A stretch of 64,000 nucleotides of DNA from Candidatus Methylomirabilota bacterium (GCA_035644195.1 DASQOZ010000015.1:7580-71579); one strand, 5' to 3'. Counted from the stretch's first letter, positions 34,189-44,416 are shown. Numbers and translations are program-made. Notes: generated by a model from the letters alone, not told the origin.

Positions 34189-34217
34189 TTGACGCATTGC
34201 GAAACATTTTTTAATCT
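34189..34217 (+). promoter_or_regulatory. sigma70-like promoter TTGACG-N17-TAATCT for tRNA-Asp
   Basis: The spacing is canonical. The -10 hexamer ends 15 nt before the mature tRNA 5' end. Confidence 0.5.
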
Positions 34218-34232
34218 GAACTTCCCCTTCGC

Positions 34233-34309
34233 GGGGGTGTAGCTCAATTGGTTAGAGCGCTGCCCTGTCACGGCAGAGGTTACGGGTTCGAGCCCCGCCA
34301 CTCCCGCCA
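34233..34309 (+). tRNA. tRNA-Asp (GTC)
   Basis: The cloverleaf has acceptor GGGGGTG/CACTCCC, a D-arm GCTC..GAGC, an anticodon arm CTGCC-CTGTCAC-GGCAG, a T-loop TTCGAGC and an encoded CCA. There is one A-C mismatch at the T-stem base. Confidence 0.9.
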
Positions 34310-34375
34310 TTTTCCCGCAAGTTTTTTCATTTCCTGTTTGACGCGGCCATCGGAAAGCGCGAAAACAAAGGCACC

Positions 34376-35008
34376 GTGAAACTCAAAGACGTGTTTTTGG
34401 GTGTGTTAATCGTGGCGCTCATTGCCAGCGAGATTCTTCTCTACTCCGCCAATCAGCAAAAAAGTGCCGCTCAAGATAAATTGAAACAGGCGCAGCACGA
34501 CATTCAGCAGGCGCGCGCAGAATTGGAGCAATCGCAGTCCGATAACGCCGCGGCGCAAAATTCGTTACACGCCGAAAATCAGAGCCTGACGAAAAGGCTG
34601 GCGCAATCACAGGGCGAAAATGCCAGCTTGCGGACAACCAGTCAGAAATTGGAAAATCAACTGGGCACGGCGCGCACGGCGGTGCAATTGCAGCAGGAGC
34701 ATTTACAGCAATTGCAAACGGAAAATCAGCAAGCGACGGCAGTGGCGCAACAAACATTGACTGACGCGCAAGTTGCGGTTGAACAACGAAATGTCTGCAT
34801 CAACAATCTCCGGCGGATTGACGCCGCGAAACAGCAATGGGCTTTGGAAAACAACAAAGTCGCCAACGACATTCCAACCGAGCAGGACTTGTTGCCGTAT
34901 TTGCGTGACAACACTTTTCCCGTTTGCCCGTCCGGAGGCACTTACACCATCGGCGCGGCGGGAAATCCGCCGACTTGCTCAATTCCCGGACACGTTTTGA
35001 CGCAATAA
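34376..35008 (+). CDS. hypothetical membrane-anchored Gln-rich coiled-coil protein
   Basis: It has an N-terminal TM segment, a long Q-rich coiled coil and a Cys-containing C-terminus 'CPSGGTYTIGAAGNPPTCSIPGH'. Confidence 0.6.
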   Translation: MKLKDVFLGVLIVALIASEILLYSANQQKSAAQDKLKQAQHDIQQARAELEQSQSDNAAAQNSLHAENQSLTKRLAQSQGENASLRTTSQKLENQLGTARTAVQLQQEHLQQLQTENQQATAVAQQTLTDAQVAVEQRNVCINNLRRIDAAKQQWALENNKVANDIPTEQDLLPYLRDNTFPVCPSGGTYTIGAAGNPPTCSIPGHVLTQ

Positions 35009-35068
35009 TCCTCTTCACCCGCAGTTTCAACTTGGCATTCGGCATTTCTCGCGTAGATTGTCCGCTCC

Positions 35069-36898
35069 ATGATTGAGACTGACATCGAACTTCTAAAAGG
35101 CATCGCAAACCAACTGCGAATTCATTCCATCAACGCCACCACCGCCGCAGGCAGCGGCCATCCCACTTCCTGCTGCTCGGCAGCGGATGTCGTGGCGACG
35201 CTTTTTTTCGGGCACATGAAATATGACCCAAAAAATCCGCATTACTACAACAACGACCGTTTCATTTTGTCCAAAGGCCACGCCGCGCCGTTGCTTTACG
35301 CCGCGTGGGCGGAAACCAGATTTATTCCGACGAGCGAATTGTTGAAACTCCGAACTTTCGGCAGCGACCTCGAAGGCCATCCGACTCCGCGCTTACCCTT
35401 CGTTGACGTTGCGACCGGTTCGCTCGGCCAAGGTCTGGGCGTTGGCTGCGGCATGGCGCTCGCCGCGCGCCTTGATAAATTGGATTACAACACTTACGTC
35501 CTGCTCGGCGACGGCGAAATCGCCGAAGGAGCCGTTTGGGAAGCCGCATCGCTTGCAGGCATTTACAAACTCAATAATTTGATCGCCATCGTTGACGACA
35601 ATCGCCTCGGCCAAAGCCAGGCTACTGCATTCGGTCACGATACGAGCGTTTATGCGAAACGTTTTGAAGCATTCGGCTGGCGCGTCGAAGTCATTGACGG
35701 CCACGACATCGAGGAAATTGTCGAAGTGTTGCAAGGCGTCGGCCTCGACGACAAACCGCTCGTCGTCATCGCCAAAACTTACAAAGGCGCGGGCATTTCA
35801 TTTTTGCAGGACAAGGACGGCTGGCACGGCAAGCCGTTGAACAAGGAAGAAGAAGCCAAAGCCATCGCCGAACTTCAGCCCAGCGCGAAAAGTGGAATCG
35901 GCGCTCCGATTTCCGCGCCAAGTCAACTGCCAGAACCGAAAAATGTCGCGCCGACAAATTATCCCGCGCCAAATTATAAACTCGGCGAAGCCGTCGCCAC
36001 GCGCGAGGCTTACGGAAACGCGCTGTTGCGCATCGGCGAAGCGGATTCGCGCGTTGTCGCTTTGGACGGCGACACGAAAAATTCCACTTATGCGGAAAAA
36101 TTCTTCAAAAAATTCCCGGATCGCTCCGTCGAATGTTTCATCGCCGAACAAAATCTCGTCGGCGTCGCCACCGGTTTTGGCACGCGCGGCAAAGTTCCGT
36201 TTGCATCCACGTTCGCGACATTTTTCACCCGTGCTGCGGATCAAATCCGCGTTGCGGGAATTTCGACCGCGAATTTGAAACTCGTCGGTTCGCACGTCGG
36301 CGTGAGCATCGGCGAAGACGGCCCGTCGCAAATGGCGTTGGAAGACCTCGCGTTGATGCGCGCGATTGCCGGCAGCATCGTTTTGTATCCGAGCGACGCC
36401 GTTTGCGCGGAAAAATTGCTGGAACAAATGGCGTTGAACAAAGGAGTTCATTTTCTTCGCACATCGCGCCCGAAAACTCCCGTCATTTACAATAATGACG
36501 AGCCATTTCCGATTGGCGGCGCGAAAATTTTGCGACAAGGCGACAAAGTCACCGTCGTTGCCGCCGGTGTCACGTTGTTTGAGGCGCTCAAGGCTGCTGA
36601 CACGTTGAAAGCTGAAGGCATCAACATCACGGTTATTGACGCTTACAGCATCAAGCCGCTCGGCAAAAAAGAAATTCTCGCCGCCGCACAAAAAACGAAC
36701 AATACCGTCATCACCGTCGAAGATCATTATTCTGAGGGTGGATTGGGCGATGCCGTCGCCGGCGAATTGAGCGCGGACGGAATCAAAGTCCACAAACTTG
36801 CGGTCACGTCGTTGCCGCGCTCCGGCAAAGCGGAAGAATTGCTCGCGCATTTTGGAATTGATGCTGCGGCGATTGTGAAAAAAGTGAAGTCTCTTTAA
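35069..36898 (+). CDS. tkt: transketolase
   Basis: It has 'GSGHPTSCCSAADV', 'LGDGEIAEG' and a full three-domain length. Confidence 0.9.
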   Translation: MIETDIELLKGIANQLRIHSINATTAAGSGHPTSCCSAADVVATLFFGHMKYDPKNPHYYNNDRFILSKGHAAPLLYAAWAETRFIPTSELLKLRTFGSDLEGHPTPRLPFVDVATGSLGQGLGVGCGMALAARLDKLDYNTYVLLGDGEIAEGAVWEAASLAGIYKLNNLIAIVDDNRLGQSQATAFGHDTSVYAKRFEAFGWRVEVIDGHDIEEIVEVLQGVGLDDKPLVVIAKTYKGAGISFLQDKDGWHGKPLNKEEEAKAIAELQPSAKSGIGAPISAPSQLPEPKNVAPTNYPAPNYKLGEAVATREAYGNALLRIGEADSRVVALDGDTKNSTYAEKFFKKFPDRSVECFIAEQNLVGVATGFGTRGKVPFASTFATFFTRAADQIRVAGISTANLKLVGSHVGVSIGEDGPSQMALEDLALMRAIAGSIVLYPSDAVCAEKLLEQMALNKGVHFLRTSRPKTPVIYNNDEPFPIGGAKILRQGDKVTVVAAGVTLFEALKAADTLKAEGINITVIDAYSIKPLGKKEILAAAQKTNNTVITVEDHYSEGGLGDAVAGELSADGIKVHKLAVTSLPRSGKAEELLAHFGIDAAAIVKKVKSL

Positions 36899-36934
36899 TT
36901 ACCCAGACGCCAGAAAAATCATATTTCGTAAAAA

Positions 36935-36960
36935 GCGCGGAAAATTTCTCCGCGCTTTTT
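36935..36960 (+). terminator. Rho-independent terminator of tkt
   Basis: The stem GCGCGGA / TCCGCGC has a 7-nt loop. AAAA precedes it and TTTTT follows. Confidence 0.8.
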
Positions 36961-36964
36961 CTTT

Positions 36965-36988
36965 GTGCCTTTGCATCTTGGTGGTTTT
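36965..36988 (+). repeat. octamer-periodic leader repeat GTGCCTTT-GCATCTTG-GTGGTTTT
   Basis: It is a family member lying 42 nt upstream of the algH-like ATG. Confidence 0.45.
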
Positions 36989-37030
36989 CTTTTGCAGATT
37001 TTGGATTCCTGATGCACATTTGATTCAGCA

Positions 37031-37594
37031 ATGAGCGAGAACGGAAAATTTCTCAAAGGCCAGTTGCTTTTGGACAGCGGGCAGCTCGGCGGCTCATTTT
37101 TTCAGCACACCGTCATCCTGATTTGCCAGCACAACGCCGAAGGCGCGTTCGGACTGGTTCTCAATCGCTCGCTCGGCAAAACCGTCGGCGAAATGATCGT
37201 CGCCGATTTGCCCGCCACGCTCAAAGAATCGCCGCTTTACCTTGGCGGCCCAGTCCAGCCAGCCGCGTTAAGTTTTTTGCACACGGACAATTTCATTCCC
37301 GACGCCGAAGTGATGCCGAATCTTGCGCTCGGCCATTCGCTCGACGAATTGGTGGATGTCGGCGAATCGTTTTCGGCGGCAAAAAAAGTGCGGATGTTCG
37401 CCGGTTACGCCGGCTGGTCGCCGGGACAGCTCGAACAGGAAATGAAACGCAAATCGTGGCTGACATTTCCCGCGTCGCTGGAACTTGTCTTTGAAACCCC
37501 AGCCGAACATCTCTGGCCGAAAATTTTGAAAAGCAAAGGCGGCTGGAAAAATAAATTGCTTTCGCAGATGCCGGAAGACTTATCGCAAAACTGA
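37031..37594 (+). CDS. YqgE/AlgH-family protein (UPF0301)
   Basis: It has 'FFQHTVILICQHNAEGAFGLVLNR' and 'GYAGWSPGQLEQE'. Confidence 0.85.
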   Translation: MSENGKFLKGQLLLDSGQLGGSFFQHTVILICQHNAEGAFGLVLNRSLGKTVGEMIVADLPATLKESPLYLGGPVQPAALSFLHTDNFIPDAEVMPNLALGHSLDELVDVGESFSAAKKVRMFAGYAGWSPGQLEQEMKRKSWLTFPASLELVFETPAEHLWPKILKSKGGWKNKLLSQMPEDLSQN

Positions 37595-37602
37595 ATCAGA
37601 CA

Positions 37603-37803
37603 ATGAAAAATAAATTTATAGCAGGTGGCTTTCAACGACTTCGACACGGCCAAAAAGCACTTTCGATGGAATCAATTGAAAAGAAATATGCCGTCAAACT
37701 TGCCGCCGCGAGTCCTGTTCAAAAGGCGCAAATTCAGGAACAAATGGCCGACGAACTTTTGCGCCAACAAAACCACAAGCCATCCTCCGGCACTTTGTGG
37801 TAA
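37603..37803 (+). CDS. hypothetical small protein
   Basis: This is a 66-aa ORF starting 9 nt after the algH-like stop. No homology was recognised. Confidence 0.3.
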   Translation: MKNKFIAGGFQRLRHGQKALSMESIEKKYAVKLAAASPVQKAQIQEQMADELLRQQNHKPSSGTLW

Positions 37804-37845
37804 AAGCAGAATTGAATCGAATTTTCGGGGCGGACGAAGCTGGAT

Positions 37846-38940
37846 TTGTTCGCCATTTTTCGCAATAGTGCGTTTGTGGCCGCTGACCAACAGGCATTGA
37901 ATGATTTGCTCCGTTCCACGTCGCGTTCGTTTTATCTGACGCTGCGCGTGTTGCCGTCCGCAATCCGCGCGCAAATCGGCCTCGCCTATCTACTCGCGCG
38001 CACGACCGACACTATCGCCGACACGGAAATTATTCCGCTCGATCAACGACTGGAGGCGTTGCAAAAATTGCGCGAACGGATTCTCGGTCAAAATTCCGCG
38101 CCATTGAATTTTTCCGAATTTGCAAAACAGCAAGGATTGCCCGCCGAAAAATTATTGCTGGAAAAAATCGAGGGCAGTTTGACGGCATTGCAAAACTTTT
38201 CCGAAGCGGATCAGAAATTGATTCGCGCCGCGCTGAAAATCATCATCAGCGGACAAGAATTGGATTTGCAGAGATTCGGTGGCCGTGCGCAAGCACCGGC
38301 TCGCGAGGACGCTCGCCCCACCACAAAAATTATCGCGCTGGAAACCGATGCACAATTGGACGATTACACATATCGCGTTGCGGGCTGTGTCGGAGAATTT
38401 TGGACGAAGATGTGTCGCGCGCATTTGTTTCCTCACGCGCGAATGGACGAAAAACAATTCATCGCCGATGGCATCCGGTTTGGCAAAGGTTTGCAGCTCG
38501 TGAACATTTTGCGCGATTTGCCGGCGGATTTGAAAAAAGGCCGGTGTTATCTGCCGACGGAAAAATTGGAGCGGCTGGGTTTGTTTGCAGAAACATTGCT
38601 GTCGTCCGCAAACGAGGCAAAATTTCTTCCGCTATATCACAAATATCTTGATGAGGTGGAATCGCATTTGCGCGCGGGCTGGAATTACACAAATACGCTG
38701 CCGTTTTCGCAATTCCGCGTGCGACTTGCCTGTGCGTGGCCGATTTTGATCGGCGTCAAGACGATTGCGAAACTGCGCGCGGCAAATGTGAACCAGTTGC
38801 AACAGCGCGTGAAAGTTTCCCGCAGTGAAGTTCGTGGAATTATTTTGCGGTCGGTTTTGGCCTCTCCATTTCCGGCGGCATGGAGAAAATTATTTTCGCC
38901 GGCGGCAAAAGCTGTTGCTTCCGGGGGCAAATTGGCGTAG
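37846..38940 (+). CDS. squalene/phytoene synthase-family prenyl transferase (HpnC/HpnD-like)
   Basis: It has 'SRSFYLTLRVLP' and 'YRVAGCVGEFW'. The start is uncertain, with TTG 37846 and GTG 37876 both possible. Confidence 0.75.
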   Translation: MFAIFRNSAFVAADQQALNDLLRSTSRSFYLTLRVLPSAIRAQIGLAYLLARTTDTIADTEIIPLDQRLEALQKLRERILGQNSAPLNFSEFAKQQGLPAEKLLLEKIEGSLTALQNFSEADQKLIRAALKIIISGQELDLQRFGGRAQAPAREDARPTTKIIALETDAQLDDYTYRVAGCVGEFWTKMCRAHLFPHARMDEKQFIADGIRFGKGLQLVNILRDLPADLKKGRCYLPTEKLERLGLFAETLLSSANEAKFLPLYHKYLDEVESHLRAGWNYTNTLPFSQFRVRLACAWPILIGVKTIAKLRAANVNQLQQRVKVSRSEVRGIILRSVLASPFPAAWRKLFSPAAKAVASGGKLA

Positions 38941-38949
38941 TAAATTGTT

Positions 38950-39660
38950 ATGAGAATTTCCAATTTGTTGCCGCTGATTGGCGCGGTCGTCTTGTGCGCG
39001 AACATTTGCGTGGGCGCGGATGACAACGCGGCGCAAGCCGCCGCGCGCGCGGCGTTGATGCAAAAAATGAGCGATTTGGACTCGCAACAAAACGAGCCGG
39101 CATCAAATCCACCGTCCGCTCCCGCGCCAGTTGAAACACAACCTGCGCCGCCGCCTTCGTCTGAACCGGTTGCGCCGGCTGCAACTCCCGAACCGACGCC
39201 AATGCCGGTTGAAGTTGCGCCTGTTGCGCCTGAAGTTCAGCCTGCCGTCCCCACATCCGTTGAAACGCAGCCTGAAATGCCAACCGCACCAATCGTCGGC
39301 GCGCCGATGTCCATGACCAATTCAGTCAAACCATCGGAGCCACCATTGAATGTGGAAGTGCAAAATGTGCAACCGGCAAATCCGCCTCCGGCATTGAACG
39401 AAATGCCCGCGCCGCCACCAACATCTCAACCGCCGATGGAACCTATTCCGCAACGTTATGCGCCTGCACGTCAATTCTCATCGAGTGAAATGAATTATCC
39501 GGGCAAAAAATTGGGTTTTAAACCGATCGAGCCGCCGCCAGCACCGGTTTCATCCGAAAAAGAAGCAGCGCTTCAGGCGTTGTTCAATCAATACAAGGCC
39601 GACCAAATCACGCCGGGACAATATCAGATTCAGCGCGCTGAAATTTTGAATGCGCCGTGA
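38950..39660 (+). CDS. secreted proline-rich protein
   Basis: It has a signal peptide, then a PAP/PEP-rich low-complexity region. Confidence 0.6.
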   Translation: MRISNLLPLIGAVVLCANICVGADDNAAQAAARAALMQKMSDLDSQQNEPASNPPSAPAPVETQPAPPPSSEPVAPAATPEPTPMPVEVAPVAPEVQPAVPTSVETQPEMPTAPIVGAPMSMTNSVKPSEPPLNVEVQNVQPANPPPALNEMPAPPPTSQPPMEPIPQRYAPARQFSSSEMNYPGKKLGFKPIEPPPAPVSSEKEAALQALFNQYKADQITPGQYQIQRAEILNAP

Positions 39661-39769
39661 GATGGTTTTTGCTTAAGCCCGTCGCGTGAAGTGAGTTTTG
39701 GTTTTTTGAAGTGGTATATATAATTATGTCGTGCTTGACGCCATCCGACCACCTGCCTAGCTTGGGTTA

Positions 39770-40912
39770 ATGAAAATAATTCGGGCTGTGCTTGGTGTTG
39801 TTCTGCTGTTTTTTCTTATTTATCCCGTTGCCGCCGGTTCAACAAACAACGCCCCGCCGACCTGCCGGTTGACAATCGATTTGCGTGACGGCTCGCGCGT
39901 GATTGGCGAGAGCGGCAATGACCGTTTGAAATTTCATTCGGCGCTGCTGGATGATCTGAAATTTTTGGTGAAGGACATCCGCTCGGTGGAATGCGTTTCC
40001 AGCAACTCGGCCAGACTGCTGACCGTGAATGGCGACGCTTTGACGGTCTGGTTTGCGGATTCCGAGGTGACGGCCAAAACGAGTTTTGGGAAAGTGGCGT
40101 TGCCAGTGGATTCGATCCGCAAGATCACAGTGTCCATCGGCGGTGCGACGGGATCGCGACGACCGGGCTTGGTCGCGCTGTGGTCAGGCGAGGACAATGG
40201 CCAAGATTCCATAGGCAGCAACGATGCGAAATTGACGGATATGGATTTTGCCGACGGACAGGTCGGTCGGGCGTTTCTGCTGAACGGTTTCAGTTCTTGT
40301 ATGAAAATACCGTTTAATTCTTCATTGAACATCGGGGAAAGCGGCAGTGGTTTGACGATTTCTGCATGGATTAAGCCGTCCAACAATTCGGGTTTTCATC
40401 CGATCATCGAATGGAATCCTAGCGCGACAATTCCGGGCACCATTGGTGTTTCGCTATGGATTGGCAGCCGTCCTGAATCTCAAGGCGTGCTGCAAGCGAA
40501 CATTGTAGATTCAAATGGCAACCATCATATTTTAGTTTCACCTCCGGGCACAATTATCAGCGGCAGCTTTCAACACGTCGCAGTGACATATGACAAGGCT
40601 GGCGGCATGGGCACCTTATATTTCAATGGAACAATCATTGCCCAAGATGCTTGGGGCGGTTTTATTCCTTTAACTTTAGGAGACCTTTGGATTAGCCGAC
40701 GACCGACTGATCATCCGGGCGATTGGACTTACAATAAATTTTTTCAAGGTTCACTTGATGAAATTGCCATTTACAATCGGGCGCTTTCAACAAAAGAAAT
40801 TCAAGCGATTTGTCTGGAAGACAATCATGGCGAACCATTGCCGCCGCCCGCTGCCTCTGGAATGATGCCGTTTTCGAGAAATCATATCAGGATAATTGAC
40901 GGCTCAAATTAG
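39770..40912 (+). CDS. secreted LamG-domain protein (paralog A)
   Basis: It has a signal peptide and aligns over its full length with 44417..45586. The Laminin_G_3 tail is 'GSLDEIAIYNRALSTKEIQAIC'. Confidence 0.75.
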   Translation: MKIIRAVLGVVLLFFLIYPVAAGSTNNAPPTCRLTIDLRDGSRVIGESGNDRLKFHSALLDDLKFLVKDIRSVECVSSNSARLLTVNGDALTVWFADSEVTAKTSFGKVALPVDSIRKITVSIGGATGSRRPGLVALWSGEDNGQDSIGSNDAKLTDMDFADGQVGRAFLLNGFSSCMKIPFNSSLNIGESGSGLTISAWIKPSNNSGFHPIIEWNPSATIPGTIGVSLWIGSRPESQGVLQANIVDSNGNHHILVSPPGTIISGSFQHVAVTYDKAGGMGTLYFNGTIIAQDAWGGFIPLTLGDLWISRRPTDHPGDWTYNKFFQGSLDEIAIYNRALSTKEIQAICLEDNHGEPLPPPAASGMMPFSRNHIRIIDGSN

Positions 40913-40966
40913 GCGTGATTGGCTGGCGGGAGTTTTATGTTGTCAGTCTCTCCAGTTTAACCCAAC

Positions 40967-41875
40967 TTGGCGCGGTTCTTGATGAATCCTATCACTAAAA
41001 TCACCAGCGCGCTCCGCTTTGTGGCAAACCATCCGTTGAATCGTGACCGGAAATTCCGGTCGATGTTTGAATTTTGTGCCGCTCAAATCACGTTACGATT
41101 GCTTCCGGGTGATATTTGCATGGAATTTCCAAACCGCACTCGTATTATGCTTGCACCCAGCATGAAAGGTGCTTGGCATTTCATCACTCCCCGATTGTTT
41201 GACCTTGAGGAGATGTCATTTGTAATGCATTATTTGCGGGCGGGTGATTTTTTTGCGGATGTCGGGGCGAATGTTGGGGTTTACACCGTTTTGGCCGCCG
41301 GGGTCGCGGGAGCCAGGGCAGCGGCCTTTGAACCCAGTCGAGATTCATATGAAATGCTGGTTCGGAACATTCGGATTAATGCGTTAACGGAGCAGGTAAA
41401 AACATTTGAGATGGCTGTTGGACGAAATACAGGAACAATGCGCTTAACTGTCGGGCAGGGAACTGAAAACTGTATTGCTATCCAGAGTTCAGAAAACGCT
41501 TTAGCTCCCGTAAAAGTGACGACATTGGACCATGAGTTTTCCAACAATCCACCTAACTTGTTAAAAATTGACGTGGAAGGCTTCGAGAGCGAGGTGATTG
41601 CCGGCGCGAAAAAAATGTTAAAGAAAACCGGATTGCGTGCAATGATCGTGGAACGGTGCGGCAATGGAGTCCGTTACGGTTTTGATGAAGATGCCTTGCA
41701 CCGCGAAATCCGGAAGGAAGGTTTTCTTCCATGCACCTACAATCCGTTTACACGGCTGCTCCATCAATCAGCCGACACGATTATGGGAAACGTCATTTAT
41801 GTGCGAGATTTGAATCATGCCAATGCAATTTTGAAAAGCGCTTTAGCTTTCACGTTTGGCAGCCGGAGCATCTGA
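40967..41875 (+). CDS. FkbM-family methyltransferase
   Basis: It has 'FADVGANVGVYTVLAA' and 'AFEPSRDSYEMLVRNIRIN'. The start could be ATG 40982. Confidence 0.8.
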   Translation: MARFLMNPITKITSALRFVANHPLNRDRKFRSMFEFCAAQITLRLLPGDICMEFPNRTRIMLAPSMKGAWHFITPRLFDLEEMSFVMHYLRAGDFFADVGANVGVYTVLAAGVAGARAAAFEPSRDSYEMLVRNIRINALTEQVKTFEMAVGRNTGTMRLTVGQGTENCIAIQSSENALAPVKVTTLDHEFSNNPPNLLKIDVEGFESEVIAGAKKMLKKTGLRAMIVERCGNGVRYGFDEDALHREIRKEGFLPCTYNPFTRLLHQSADTIMGNVIYVRDLNHANAILKSALAFTFGSRSI

Positions 41876-41876
41876 A

Positions 41877-42092
41877 ATGATTGCCGTGCAAATCTCCAAC
41901 ACTGTCATTGTCACCGGCTCGGCAGGGTTGATCGGTTCGGAAAGCGTCAAACGTTTTGCATTAGAAGGGTTCCACGCCCTCGGCATTGGCAACAATATAC
42001 GCCAATGGCTGTTCAGCAAGAAAGCTTCCACGCTGGCCAACCGTCAGAAATTGGTTTGCTTTCATGAGAAAAAATTGCAATCGCTGGCATGA
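41877..42092 (+). pseudogene. 71-aa N-terminal remnant of an NAD-dependent epimerase/dehydratase
   Basis: The Rossmann start 'VIVTGSAGLIGSESVKRFALEGFHALGIGNNIR' stops after ~70 aa. Its TGA overlaps the ATG of the flippase gene. Confidence 0.5.
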
Positions 42093-43345
42093 AAAAAAAT
42101 CCATCCACTGGAAATTTATTGCAAAGCGGCATCGTTTTTTCTGCGATCAGTTTTTTGACAGGCTTGGGAAATTTTGGTTTTCAAGCCATCATCGGGCGGC
42201 AATTAAAAGAAAGCGGACAGTTCGGGCTGACCAATACGACGCTCGGCTTCGTGCAATTGCTTGGTTTGCCAATGAGTTTTGCCATCATCGCGGTTACGCA
42301 TTACATCGCGCGATTCCATTTCAGCGGCGATGACGCGCGATTGCAAGGTCTGTTCGCCGGTTGCCGCAAATTTCTTTTTCACCTGACCATCGGCGGCTCC
42401 ATTTCAGCGGTGCTCTTGTTGAAACCGTTGAGCGATTTTTTCCATTTCCCGCCCGGCTTGATGCTGGCAGCACTCTGTTGCGTGTTGATGGGATTTTGGG
42501 GAGCCTTTGCCACGGCACTGTGCCAGGGATTGGGCTGGTTCAAGCGGCTGGCATTCATCGGTTTTTTCGCCGTGTGCTTGAGGCTGATGTTCGGCGGATT
42601 GGTGACAATAAAAATTCCAACCGCTGAAACCGCCGTGCTGGCTTCTGCGTTCATGTTGCTGTCGAACTTGATTCTGCTTTTTTGGAGAAAAGATTTGGCG
42701 CGCAAAGCCGAACCGGTTTCCCCGTGGAACGCGGAATTTGTTCAATACCTCATCGTCGCCGCCGCGTTTGCCGGTGGAACTTATTGTTTTACTCAAGGCG
42801 ATTTGCTTGTGGCGCAACGCTATTTTCTTCATGCCGAACTCGACCCTTACACTGCTGCCGGCGTTTTTGCCCGCGCGCTGCCGATAACCGTCGGGCCGAT
42901 GTTGACGGTTTTATTCACGCACCGCTCCAGCCAGCATCATGGCGATGCGCTGCGGGAACAATTGAAATTACTGGGTCTTTACACGCTCGGCTTGGGCTGT
43001 GGTGCGGTGGGGCTTCTTATGCTCCGAATTTTTTGCCTGACGCTTCTCCATAAATACACGCCCGAAGCTGCTAACATGATCATGCCGCTCGCAATAACGA
43101 TGTTGTCTGTAGGCCTGCTTCAGGCGCTCGGAATGTGGTCGCTTGCAAGCCGCTGGATAAAAATTTCACTGCTCTACGGTGCGCTTGGACTCGCTTACTG
43201 GCTGGCACTTTTAACTTTCGGGAAATCGCCGGAAAGTTTGCTGCACATAATGCCCATCGCAGCGGGAATCGCGTTCGCCATACTCTTTGCAGTTTGGCTC
43301 ATCGCCATGCGCCTGCACAAAATCGGCGCGCCGGAACAAACCTGA
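42089..43345 (+). CDS. polysaccharide biosynthesis / oligosaccharide flippase (Wzx/MOP-like) membrane protein
   Basis: It is a 418-aa polytopic membrane protein in a glycan cluster. Confidence 0.7.
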   Translation: MKKNPSTGNLLQSGIVFSAISFLTGLGNFGFQAIIGRQLKESGQFGLTNTTLGFVQLLGLPMSFAIIAVTHYIARFHFSGDDARLQGLFAGCRKFLFHLTIGGSISAVLLLKPLSDFFHFPPGLMLAALCCVLMGFWGAFATALCQGLGWFKRLAFIGFFAVCLRLMFGGLVTIKIPTAETAVLASAFMLLSNLILLFWRKDLARKAEPVSPWNAEFVQYLIVAAAFAGGTYCFTQGDLLVAQRYFLHAELDPYTAAGVFARALPITVGPMLTVLFTHRSSQHHGDALREQLKLLGLYTLGLGCGAVGLLMLRIFCLTLLHKYTPEAANMIMPLAITMLSVGLLQALGMWSLASRWIKISLLYGALGLAYWLALLTFGKSPESLLHIMPIAAGIAFAILFAVWLIAMRLHKIGAPEQT

Positions 43346-43381
43346 TTTGAATTTTTTCTCGTCTTTTGTCACAATCGTGCC

Positions 43382-44395
43382 GTGCCGTCCAGCCCTGAAA
43401 ATTTTCCGCGTGTCAGCTTCATCATGCCGACGCTTAATACCGGCGCCATTTTGGAAAATTGCCTCGCCTCCATCGCGCGGCAAACTTACCCGCGCGATCG
43501 TTACGAAATCATCCTTGCTGACGCCCATTCAACCGATCGGACGCGCGACATCGCAAAAAAATTCGGTGCAATCGTTTTGGAGGACGATGGCAAAAATATG
43601 GAGGAAGGCAAACGCCTCGCACTGCGTCACGCAACGGGAGAATTTATCGTTTTCGTGGACGCCGACAACGAAATCACTCACGCTGATTACGTCGAACTCG
43701 CCGTCAAAGCGCTCGCCGCAAGTCCGCAGGCGCTCGGCGTCGAAAGTTATTATTTGCCATCCTCAAAAATGAGCTCGTTCTGTGCTTACATCACTTGCTT
43801 GCTGCACGTCAGCGACCCGATTGCATGGCTGATGAGCGCAAATCCGAAACTGGTCGCGCGCGACAGTGAAATCGAACGTTGGACATTGCCTGGCGATTCA
43901 CTTTCGTATCCGCTCGGCGCGAACGGATTCGTTTTCCGCCGCGCGGATTTGGAATCCGTTCAAACCGATGAAAATTTCCAGGACACGCACGTCGCGCTGT
44001 TCCTGATGAAAAACGGGAAACGCGAATGGCTGCGGATTCGCGGACGCGGCGTGCATCATTATTATGTTCAAACGCTTTGGGGCTTCGTGCAAAAACGTCG
44101 CCGTGCCACGGTGCATTTCCTGCGCGTGCAGGAAGAAACTAAAACAAATTGGATGAAAGAAAAACCGACGGTTCCGCTTTGGCTCGCCGCTATTTATTGC
44201 ATCACATTTGTCGGTCCAATTCTTCATACACTGCGCGGAATTTTTCGAGATCACGACACACGCTGGTTCTGGCATTTGCCAGCGTGCATCGGCAGCGTTT
44301 TAGGAAATGCGTGGGGAGTTTTGACTTACAAACAACGCGGCAAGGACAGGAAACTCATCGCGGAATTACAGGTGAAACAGGAGTTAAGAAAATGA
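43382..44395 (+). CDS. family 2 glycosyltransferase
   Basis: It has 'VSFIMPTLNTGAILENCLASIARQTY' and the 'VFVDADN' DxD motif. Confidence 0.85.
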   Translation: MPSSPENFPRVSFIMPTLNTGAILENCLASIARQTYPRDRYEIILADAHSTDRTRDIAKKFGAIVLEDDGKNMEEGKRLALRHATGEFIVFVDADNEITHADYVELAVKALAASPQALGVESYYLPSSKMSSFCAYITCLLHVSDPIAWLMSANPKLVARDSEIERWTLPGDSLSYPLGANGFVFRRADLESVQTDENFQDTHVALFLMKNGKREWLRIRGRGVHHYYVQTLWGFVQKRRRATVHFLRVQEETKTNWMKEKPTVPLWLAAIYCITFVGPILHTLRGIFRDHDTRWFWHLPACIGSVLGNAWGVLTYKQRGKDRKLIAELQVKQELRK

Positions 44396-44416
44396 CCGCC
44401 GACCGCCGGTCGGTTT

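Noticed and set aside
33986-34207. Full 73-aa minus-strand ORF upstream of the histidine kinase
   Set aside because: Its 5' part runs through the tRNA-Asp promoter region and has no translation signal. Only the shorter 46-codon version behind the perfect SD is kept, as an alternative hypothesis in the findings.
34233-35100. Integrated element at tRNA-Asp
   Set aside because: No integrase, no duplicated tRNA 3' end and no obvious compositional break lie downstream. The next genes are a coiled-coil protein and transketolase.
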